DNA from: a virus | Lineage: Duplodnaviria > Caudoviricetes | Strand: one strand, 5' to 3' | IMG/VR virus record: IMGVR_UViG_3300033520_000021 | Location: 1 to 24,980 of that record | Length of the DNA: 24,980 nt | Shown here: one piece after another, positions 18,756 to 24,980 of the stretch | Position numbering within the stretch: position 1 is the first letter of the stretch | Layout: each line of letters starts with the position of its first letter | Position numbers and translations under genes: made by a program | Notes under the pieces: model-generated | The model's input: the letters and a program-made list of their open reading frames with translations, nothing else | Database searches by the model: none | What the model was told of the DNA's origin: nothing

Positions 18756-19684
18756 AACTTAAAGAGCTTTTTAAACCAACTGCCTTCGCTAAGGTTTTTC
18801 GTTTTCTACTCGAGGGTAGATACACACTGGTTGTCACTAAACCTGACGGAACCAGTCGAGTTGTTGCAGACTTCCCAAACCTTATCACAAATGGAGGTCT
18901 GGACAGAATTGGAGATGTAAGTACCTCCAATGCAGACATCATCACCCATGCTCAGGTGGGGACTGGAACCACTGCACCAGCTTTCACGGACTCATCTTTA
19001 ACGACTTTTCTGGCTGCTAGTAACACCCCTGCTCCTACACTCGACAATGCTCAGACTGTTGCTTCCACTGCACCTTATTATGCCCAGATTACCCTGAACA
19101 AACGATTCGAAGCAGGGGTTGCAACAGGAAACCTGAGTGAGGTTGGGGTCGGCTGGAGTTCAGGAGCTAACACCTTGTTCAGTCATGCAAGGATTCTCGA
19201 CTCTGGAGGAAGCCCTACATCTATCACTATCCTAGCTGATGAAGTCCTAGATGTACTGTACACTCTGCGTGTCTACGCTCCTGACACTGACGTTACTGCA
19301 ACCATCTCAGGGTATTCTGTAACATCCAGAGCCGCCTATGTCACAACAGACTCTCAGTGGTTCGCGAGGATTTTCCAGAGTCAGACCGGGGCAGTTTATG
19401 GAACACAGACTCTAGGAGCTGTCACGGGTGGGTTATCTGAATCAAATGGAGTTGATGGAGATATTGCTCATGCGTTTGTAGGAACCTACACTGCGGGAAC
19501 CTACACAAGACAAGGGGAGACAAACTTCGCATTAACAAAGGGGAACATTGCAGGGGGTATCGGCTCTATGCTTATTCATGCAGGCTTTGGGAGCTTTCAG
19601 GTAAAGTTCGACCCTAAAATCCCTAAAGATGATACGAAAATCTTGACAATCTCTTGGGCTGTTTCTTGGGCGAGGATTCCATAA
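18752..19684 (+). CDS. virion structural (tail tip) protein, 310 aa
   Basis: Thr/Gly/Ser-rich; NLITNGGLD, QVGTGTTAP, GNLSEVGVG, LFSHARI motifs recalled from phage tail proteins; ATGA coupling. Confidence 0.7.
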   Translation: MKLKELFKPTAFAKVFRFLLEGRYTLVVTKPDGTSRVVADFPNLITNGGLDRIGDVSTSNADIITHAQVGTGTTAPAFTDSSLTTFLAASNTPAPTLDNAQTVASTAPYYAQITLNKRFEAGVATGNLSEVGVGWSSGANTLFSHARILDSGGSPTSITILADEVLDVLYTLRVYAPDTDVTATISGYSVTSRAAYVTTDSQWFARIFQSQTGAVYGTQTLGAVTGGLSESNGVDGDIAHAFVGTYTAGTYTRQGETNFALTKGNIAGGIGSMLIHAGFGSFQVKFDPKIPKDDTKILTISWAVSWARIP

Positions 19685-20262
19685 TGATACCTGAACAAAG
19701 GTTATCTACTACACCTGTCCCTTCTATCTTTGTCGGAGGACGAGGACTTACAGGGAATCTCTTACTTGATTACGAGACTGGAGGAACTGGGATTCAAGAC
19801 CCTTCTCAGGGACTGGATGTTCAGGTCTGGCGAGGACAGATTACCTCGGATTTCATCACTCTTGATGTCCCAGAGAACTTGAGCGTCCCTGCTTTTCCTT
19901 TGTATTCTGCCTCTGGGGTTACTGAATTCTCCTTTACTTTTGACCAGAACATGAACCCTCTCCTTGTCTTTGTCCAGAATGGCAGAAGCAAGATGTACTG
20001 GTTTAATACCTCTATCGGACAATATGCTGTTACAGATTATGGAGAAGCTGTAACCTCCCCCAGATTAACTATGGATGATAAAAGGAGAAACCTAGCTTCT
20101 CTTTCAGATATTATCTTCGCTTATATCAAAAACTCTGCCTTGTGTTACAGGATGCAGAGAGAGCGGTTTGAAACCGAGAGAATCTTGACATCTGGGGTTT
20201 CTGGTCTGGTGAAGATAGGGATAAATGAGCAGAACAGGTTACAGTTCCAGACCCTCCCCTAG
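19684..20262 (+). CDS. virion structural (tail tip) protein, 192 aa; last gene of the rightward operon
   Basis: TAATG coupling with upstream stop, SD GAGG; DYE.GG..I.DPS.GL, FDQNM.P, DDKR motifs. Confidence 0.7.
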   Translation: MIPEQRLSTTPVPSIFVGGRGLTGNLLLDYETGGTGIQDPSQGLDVQVWRGQITSDFITLDVPENLSVPAFPLYSASGVTEFSFTFDQNMNPLLVFVQNGRSKMYWFNTSIGQYAVTDYGEAVTSPRLTMDDKRRNLASLSDIIFAYIKNSALCYRMQRERFETERILTSGVSGLVKIGINEQNRLQFQTLP

Positions 20263-20286
20263 CCCCCTAGCCCCCCAGCCCTTCGC

Positions 20287-20595
20287 TCACCACTCCCATC
20301 CCTCCCCCAGCCTTACGGCTCCCCCTCCGATGCTCTGTATCTTCCCTCCCAGCCCTTGGCTCTTGAGACTCACGGACGAGTCCCCTCCTTTCAGACCCCT
20401 TTCAGGCTTTGCCACTTTGTCCCCGCTTCGCTTCACCTTCACCGTCTCCATCCTCACTCCATGCCTTGCCAGCCACTCTGGACTCGGCACGACCCTTGGC
20501 TCACTTCGTGCCTCTGCGCTGCATTCTTCGTTTAGCTCGCTCTTAGCTATACAAACTTTCGCTTCATCACTTGCTTCATCACTTCGTCTGTTCAT
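20287..20595 (-). CDS. hypothetical protein (102 aa)
   Basis: Good SD (GGAGG-AACAG-ATG), but lies on a T-poor strand where stops are rare, so it may be spurious. Confidence 0.35.
   Translation of the reverse strand: MNRRSDEASDEAKVCIAKSELNEECSAEARSEPRVVPSPEWLARHGVRMETVKVKRSGDKVAKPERGLKGGDSSVSLKSQGLGGKIQSIGGGAVRLGEGWEW
20523..20558. promoter_or_regulatory. dispersed palindromic site, copy 2
   Basis: ATTCTTCGTTTAGCT-CGCTCTT-AGCTATACAAACTT. Confidence 0.55.
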
Positions 20596-20734
20596 CTGTT
20601 CCTCCGGTCTTGGCTTTCGCCTCTGGTTTAGTATTTAGTTTGTTTTGTAGGTTGGAGAGCTTGTCTGGAAAAGCCTATTCTCCACACGCAGGCGGCTAAC
20701 GTCTAGGGAGTACCTTTTTCCCATCACCACACAC

Positions 20735-20774
20735 AGAAAAGCCCCACACCATTACAATGCAGGGACTCTCTTCT
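20735..20774 (-). terminator. probable intrinsic terminator downstream of the orphan gene
   Basis: Minus-strand AG(U)CCCUGCAU...GUGUGGGGCU stem with G-U pairs followed by UUUCU. Confidence 0.6.
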
Positions 20775-20854
20775 GGCTGGTCTGGCTACTTCGTGGGCTT
20801 CGCACTTCGCACTTCGTGGGTTTCGTGGGCTTCCCTGCCACTTCGTAGGTTCCC

Positions 20855-21643
20855 TTAGCCAAACATATCTGCTAATTCATTCGCCATTGCCTCGGCTGCT
20901 GCTGCCTCGGCTTGTGCTTTAGCCTCAGCCCGTGCTGCTGCTGCTGCCTGCATGATGGTTTCTGCCTCGGCTATGATTGCTGCCGCCTTTGGCATAGTCA
21001 TCAGGGTAGCATACATGGTTTTGCCTGTTGGTAACGCAAGGGCTGCGGCAATCTTAGCGTATGCTGCGCGGCTATCGACTGGGACATCAACGCTCAGACT
21101 CATTGCTGTGATGGTTTCACTGAGGGCGGTCATGCTACCTTGTGCTGCGCGTGGTGCTTTCGCAGCCTTAGGTTCCGGTGCTGGGCGTGTTGCAGCGGTG
21201 TAGGCGGATTTTGTTAAGCAATCATGGTCAAGGTAAGTCCACAGGGTTGCAAGGTGGTCTAGCTTCGCGGCATCGGTTGTCAAGCTGTTGTACAGGGTGC
21301 AGGATTCAGTCAGGACGCGGGCAAACCCTTTTTGGAGCATTCTGGCAACTAAGGGGGCAACGGCTCCGCTGGCAATGCTATCATTAAGGTAGCCTTCGTG
21401 GGCGGTTAGGTAATCAGTCAGGGTGGTGCTTGTCATGCCGCGCATGGTGCTGATGATTGGTTTTAAATCCCACACAGAGTGGGCTGCGGTTGCTACTGCG
21501 TTGTTGCTGTTATCTTGTGTTTTCATGGCTGCTGTCTCTACGGTTGGGTTAACTGAGTTAGTTGCTTGGTCTACATCTGCTGCATCTGCTGCTGCTACGA
21601 TTACTGCTGTGCTGTCTACAGATTTGTTAGTTAAATTTTTCAT
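20855..21643 (-). CDS. orphan Ala/Thr-rich protein (262 aa from ATG 21643; second start at 21526)
   Basis: Long ORF with protein-like composition, five promoters upstream and a terminator downstream; no family recognised. Confidence 0.75.
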   Translation of the reverse strand: MKNLTNKSVDSTAVIVAAADAADVDQATNSVNPTVETAAMKTQDNSNNAVATAAHSVWDLKPIISTMRGMTSTTLTDYLTAHEGYLNDSIASGAVAPLVARMLQKGFARVLTESCTLYNSLTTDAAKLDHLATLWTYLDHDCLTKSAYTAATRPAPEPKAAKAPRAAQGSMTALSETITAMSLSVDVPVDSRAAYAKIAAALALPTGKTMYATLMTMPKAAAIIAEAETIMQAAAAARAEAKAQAEAAAAEAMANELADMFG

Positions 21644-21738
21644 GGCTGCGTTCTCATTATGTGGCACTCTGTGCCGTTGGGTTAAGGTGGGCTTATGCCC
21701 TTGGTCTTTCACTTCGTGGCTTTTGCCATCTGGGTTAT

Positions 21739-21767
21739 ATTATTTCACACTTTCTAGGGTTTGTAAA
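21739..21767 (-). promoter_or_regulatory. sigma70 promoter P1
   Basis: TTTACA-17 bp-AATAAT with TGn extended -10. Confidence 0.65.
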
Positions 21768-21814
21768 GCTTTTCTTTCTTCACTTCATGGGTTTCGCTTC
21801 GCTTTCTGACTGCT

Positions 21815-21843
21815 ATCTTACTCGCTTCGTTCAGGTTTGTAAA
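21815..21843 (-). promoter_or_regulatory. sigma70 promoter P2
   Basis: TTTACA-17 bp-TAAGAT. Confidence 0.7.
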
Positions 21844-21877
21844 GTACTCTGTGCTTTCGCTCTCTGTGCTTTCGCTC

Positions 21878-22076
21878 TCTGGGTGGTTTTCTACAGATGT
21901 CGCAACACCTGTTGTAATGTTCCTCACAGCTACTGGCTCCCCGTTGGTTTTAACACCCTGCCCTTGGGCTGGTTCTGTACACTTGGTTTGCTCAGTCATG
22001 GCTCCGTGCCACTTGCCTGTTATCACTGTTTCACACGGCTGCTACCGTACCTCATGCGTTTCACTCTTTGAATCTG
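21878..22076 (-). ncRNA. candidate structured RNA downstream of P3
   Basis: Several hairpins whose imperfect pairs are G-U only on the minus strand; no family recognised. Confidence 0.3.
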
Positions 22077-22082
22077 GACTTC

Positions 22083-22111
22083 ATTGTTTCATACTTCATG
22101 GGACTTGTCAA
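22083..22111 (-). promoter_or_regulatory. sigma70 promoter P3
   Basis: TTGACA-17 bp-AACAAT with TGn extended -10. Confidence 0.7.
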
Positions 22112-22186
22112 CGGCTATTTTATCTTTCTTTCTGGGCTTCGCGGTTCCCGCTGCTTCGCGGTTCCCGCTGCTTTGCACTGGCTGAT

Positions 22187-22215
22187 AATGTACTCGCATC
22201 ATGCAGAATTGTCAA
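22187..22215 (-). promoter_or_regulatory. sigma70 promoter P4
   Basis: TTGACA-17 bp-TACATT. Confidence 0.75.
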
Positions 22216-22271
22216 GCTCTTTGTGGTTCCTTTCTGGGCTTCGCTTCGTGGTTCCCCTCCATTGGTTAAGA

Positions 22272-22299
22272 ATTATACACGACTGGACGGGTTTGTCAA
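22272..22299 (-). promoter_or_regulatory. sigma70 promoter P5
   Basis: TTGACA-16 bp-TATAAT (both hexamers consensus). Confidence 0.8.
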
Positions 22300-22740
22300 C
22301 GCCCGCAGTGAGGAAAACTTTGGGAACCATTTATGCTTTGCAAATCTTTGTTTAGTCCGCTATCGGGTTCCTTTTGGGTGCTATATATAAGGTATTCCCA
22401 GCCACGACAGAATGACTCACAATGCCCATAGCGGCTTGAAATGATTTTCCTGATACGGTATGGCGGGGTTCCCGTTTTCGTGCCACCTTGGGGCATTTGC
22501 TTTGCATTTTGCTCACTTCATGGCTCACGTTGTCCAGACATTTCATGCTGTCTTCAGGCTTCACGGTTCCCATTGCCTCAGGGCTTCGTGGTTCCCCTCC
22601 TAGTCGGTTCCCGCTTCGCCTCTGGTGGCTCACTTCGTGTGGCTCACTTCGTGTGGTTCCCGTCTGGTGGTTCCCCCATTCCTTTTGGCTCAGGGTTTCG
22701 CGGTTCCCACTCCCACTATGCCTCTGGTGGTTTCGTGTCA

Positions 22741-22780
22741 CCTTGAGCCGTCCTGAGCCATTCTGAGCCACCTTGAGCCA
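22741..22780. repeat. four tandem 10-bp repeats (YYYTGAGCCR)
   Basis: ccttgagccg/tcctgagcca/ttctgagcca/ccttgagcca. Confidence 0.85.
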
Positions 22781-22989
22781 CAACCGCCACTCTTCGTGGT
22801 TCCCACTCTTCGTGGTTCCCGCTCCCTGTTCCCTTCGGTTCCCGCTCCCGTTTTGCGGCTCATACTTCGTTGGCACACTTCTTGATTCCTGAGGGTCGCA
22901 ACCATTTGGCTCATGGCTCCCGATGGTTCTGCGTCTGAGTCTCCGGCTCACTTCGTGTGGCTCCCGCTTTGCCTCTGGGCTCCGCTTTA

Positions 22990-23352
22990 TAACGATGCTC
23001 GGTCGCCAGAATGGTTCTGCCTCTGGCTCTATGAGGGACTGGAAATGGTTGCGCCTGTTCATTCTGGGGCTTGCGCCATTCTGGGTTCTGTAACAATGCT
23101 CGGTCGCCAGAGAATCTGAAGGTTCCTGAGGGTGGTTTCCCGTGACTTTGTGTTTAGCTTTGCGTAAGCTATACAAAGAATCTTTAACGCTTGTTCCTCA
23201 GATGCAGATGCAGACGGTCGCCTCTCAGGTCACGGTTCCTCAGAATGGTTCCTCAGAATGGTTGCGCCTTAATCCAGAATGGTTGCGCCTTAATCTACGC
23301 GCTTCGCAACCACTTTGTGTTCGAGACACTCTGTGGTTTCGCAACCATTCTG
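22990..23352. repeat. CAGAATGGTT repeat family and two 21-bp duplications
   Basis: TAACRATGCTCGGTCGCCAGA at 22990 and 23091; CAGAATGGTTGCGCCTTAATC tandem at 23254 and 23275; CAGAATGGTT also at 23007 and 23241, inverted at 23343. Confidence 0.8.
23151..23182. promoter_or_regulatory. dispersed palindromic site, copy 3
   Basis: TGTTTAGCT-TTGCGTA-AGCTATACAAAGAATC. Confidence 0.65.
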
Positions 23353-23477
23353 ACCCGAGACGCTCTGCCTTTCATGCTTCTTCTGCACTCCGTGACTGCT
23401 CTGGTTGCCAGATGTTTTGGCTCGCTTTGTCGGTTGCTCCAGATGCAGACATGGTTCTGTCGTGGGTGGTTGCGCCG

Positions 23478-23518
23478 CAATTCTTTGTTTAGTTTGCTCT
23501 AAGCTATGCAAAGAATTG
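23478..23518. promoter_or_regulatory. dispersed palindromic site, copy 4 (41 bp)
   Basis: CAATTCTTTGTTTAGT-TTGCTCTAA-GCTATGCAAAGAATTG; arms match at 13 of 16 positions. Confidence 0.7.
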
Positions 23519-23564
23519 AATCAGTAGGTTAACCGCTATGCAAAGAACCGCCTCGTCATTGTCC

Positions 23565-23689
23565 TCGCTATGCAAAGATTTTCAAAAACACCCATGGAAC
23601 TAGGTTAACTTTCATTTATATATAGCTGTTCTATATGAAAGGAAGTTAACCTAGTTGGAGGTCGGTTTTTTGAATTCTTTGTATAGCGA
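23565..23689. repeat. 125-bp nested imperfect palindrome with AT-rich core (origin-like)
   Basis: Outer arms 23565-23578/23676-23689 and perfect 14-bp inner arms AACTAGGTTAACTT (23598-23611)/AAGTTAACCTAGTT (23643-23656) share centre 23627. Confidence 0.85.
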
Positions 23690-23706
23690 AAAATAAAAGC
23701 GAATGG

Positions 23707-23719
23707 AATCAATGAGTTA
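23707..23719 (+). promoter_or_regulatory. IHF consensus site (a second match at 23519-23531)
   Basis: AATCAATGAGTTA matches WATCAANNNNTTR; AATCAGTAGGTTA matches WATCARNNNNTTR. Confidence 0.55.
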
Positions 23720-23811
23720 GCGAGGAGGGTTGGAAAGTAGGTCATTTTGGGTTAAACTTGGGGTTTCTGGTGGTCATCCGTGACCGAGGGTTGTCCGTTG
23801 GGGGCAGTCAT

Positions 23812-24138
23812 TTAGTCCTGTTTCAGTTCCTTCACCTCGTCCTCAAGTTCAGCTACAAATTCCTCCAGTTCGTCTACCCTATCCTCGAGTTTCTCAATCT
23901 GGGTTTTCTTATCACTCAGACCGCTCTCCATATCCTGACCGTCTTCCTTTGCATCTTCTGCGAGAGTATAGATGTCATCAGCGCAGAGCTTGAGTTCCCC
24001 CAGACGGTCAATAATCCCATCATCAATCTGACCTTTGAGACTCCGGATGACTGCTTCGAGAGTCGAAGAGATTCCATCTGACAGAGTTTTGATTTCATCA
24101 TGTTTTGAGCAGATAGTTCTGTTGTTTTTCATACCCAT
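23812..24138 (-). CDS. acidic coiled-coil hypothetical protein (108 aa)
   Basis: SD GGAGG, TAATG coupling; heptad pattern IEKLEDRVDELEEFVAELEDEVKEL. Confidence 0.8.
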   Translation of the reverse strand: MGMKNNRTICSKHDEIKTLSDGISSTLEAVIRSLKGQIDDGIIDRLGELKLCADDIYTLAEDAKEDGQDMESGLSDKKTQIEKLEDRVDELEEFVAELEDEVKELKQD

Positions 24139-24374
24139 TATGGTTTCCTCCGAAAGATTGGTTCGTGAGATACAGGTTCAAACGAGGAACTCCCTCGATA
24201 TTCCTCGAGAAACTCAGGACGACTGGACGAGATTCCATCTATGCCTTGAGACACGAGAGCGAATCCAAGCCCTGCGAGAATCATCGAGGCTATGGTCTTA
24301 AGACCGGATGAAGAAGCAGATTCCTCTCTCAGTCTGCGTCTGTTTCTGCGTCTGGTTCTGTTTGCTGGGTTCAT
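24138..24374 (-). CDS. small protein with Arg-rich N-terminus and one hydrophobic segment (78 aa)
   Basis: SD GGAG-AAACCT-ATG at 24374; stop overlaps the next start. Confidence 0.55.
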   Translation of the reverse strand: MNPANRTRRRNRRRLREESASSSGLKTIASMILAGLGFALVSQGIDGISSSRPEFLEEYRGSSSFEPVSHEPIFRRKP

Positions 24375-24474
24375 AGGTTTCTCCAAAGATAAAGGTCAAG
24401 AGGAAAATCAAGGTTGCTGCACCGAGTGTGGCAGAGATTGCAACTGTCAGTGCAGAGTCAACAGACTGGTTCAC
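24298..24474 (-). CDS. possible 58-aa single-pass membrane protein (below ORF-track cutoff)
   Basis: GTGA overlap with upstream stop; MNQSVDSALTVAISATLGAATLIFLLTFIFG...; overlaps the next ORF by 77 nt. Confidence 0.4.
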   Translation of the reverse strand: MNQSVDSALTVAISATLGAATLIFLLTFIFGETYEPSKQNQTQKQTQTERGICFFIRS

Positions 24475-24776
24475 AGCAGCGGTCTCTGTCTGGGTCTTGG
24501 TGCAGGCTTCCAGTCAATCCTCGTGTCACAGTCTGGGCAGACTTTCATATTCTGCGTCTCAAGCTTAAGAAGGTCTGTATTCAGGCAAAGTGGACAAATC
24601 TCGGTTGTGTCTGCACAGATGAGCCGATGGATGGCTTCGATTTTTTCCCTGCTCAGGGTACTAAACTTAAAGTTCGAGATATTTTTGCAGAGAAAGGACT
24701 CGGTGATTCCAGTCAGGTCTATAGATTCAGAGGTTGTTTTCATTTCTTGGTCTCCGGTTTCAGGTTTCAGGTTCAT
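24471..24776 (-). CDS. zinc-ribbon hypothetical protein
   Basis: CPLC-x14-CPDC followed by IDW; alternative start at 24743 with SD GGAG. Confidence 0.7.
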   Translation of the reverse strand: MNLKPETGDQEMKTTSESIDLTGITESFLCKNISNFKFSTLSREKIEAIHRLICADTTEICPLCLNTDLLKLETQNMKVCPDCDTRIDWKPAPRPRQRPLL

Positions 24777-24973
24777 CGTACTTTCCTTTCTAGGCAGTTA
24801 AAGTAATCATCTGGGAGAAGAATTGTAGGTTTAGGCTTCTCAGATGGGTAGTTCAGTGTCAGGGCTTTAACGGCAGCAGAACAGGCAGCTCGTTCACTGG
24901 CAGAGTGCCTGCTCTTATGCTTGCCACAAGCTCGACAGGTGAAACTGGTTATAGGGGTCGTAGCGGCAGTCAT
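24773..24973 (-). CDS. small Cys/His hypothetical protein (66 aa)
   Basis: CRACGK...H......CS pattern; ATGA coupling to the next gene. Confidence 0.6.
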   Translation of the reverse strand: MTAATTPITSFTCRACGKHKSRHSASERAACSAAVKALTLNYPSEKPKPTILLPDDYFNCLERKVR

Positions 24974-24980
24974 TCTGGCA

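Larger units (their letters stand above)
22136..22957 (-). repeat. dense cluster of short stem-GAA-stem motifs (GGGAACC, CACGAAGTG, GCGAAGC)
   Basis: About 20 copies by eye, e.g. + strand GCGGTTCCCGC 22141 and 22158, CACTTCGTG 22631, 22645 and 22949, GTGGTTCCCAC 22796. Confidence 0.8.

Noticed and set aside
22028-22058. Hammerhead-like CGCAUGAG-stem-GAAAC on the minus strand
   Set aside because: Core deviates from CUGANGA at essential positions, and I could not find stems I/III with a cleavage triplet.
20225-22390. Plus-strand ORFs in the non-coding region (20225-20638, 21423-21809, 21661-22071, 21851-22390)
   Set aside because: The A-poor plus strand suppresses stop codons; no SD, and they run against the local promoters.
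22352-23176. 274-aa minus-strand ORF
   Set aside because: TTG start without SD, lies on a T-poor repeat-rich strand where stops are scarce, and its translation simply mirrors the DNA repeats (GNR, HEVS).
22130-23350. CRISPR or mini-CRISPR array
   Set aside because: Repeats are 7-21 bp, heterogeneous and irregularly spaced; no constant repeat-spacer period.
23565-23689. Protelomerase (telRL-like) site, considered because N15-type phages have lambda-like heads
   Set aside because: Known targets have a perfect palindromic centre; here the 31-nt core is not self-complementary at the axis, and no protelomerase gene is in the window.

Overview
Part of a tailed dsDNA phage genome with a lambda-type head and a long non-contractile tail. 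The host is probably a Proteobacterium (inferred from sigma70-type promoters and IHF-consensus sites). A rightward late operon (1302-20262) encodes TerS, TerL, gpW-like adaptor, portal, S49 protease with nested scaffold, decoration protein, major capsid, neck proteins, tail tube, a -1 frameshifted chaperone pair, a 1667-aa tape measure with a lytic transglycosylase domain, and three tail-tip proteins. The rest of the tail-tip module (BR0599/DUF2163 gene plus two small genes, and probably the central tail gene beyond the left edge) is detached and transcribed leftwards, divergent from terS across only 74 bp. The most unusual part is the ~3.5-kb mostly non-coding region 20263-23800. It holds about 30 same-strand GAA-triloop mini-hairpins with varying stems, five tandem leftward sigma70 promoters feeding one orphan gene with two in-frame starts, a candidate structured RNA, a dispersed palindromic site (also present at 9.8 kb), a possible remote cos site, and a 125-bp palindrome with phased half-sites and two IHF-consensus sites. 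Small leftward genes close the window. All calls come from reading motifs by eye; no database search or folding program was run.
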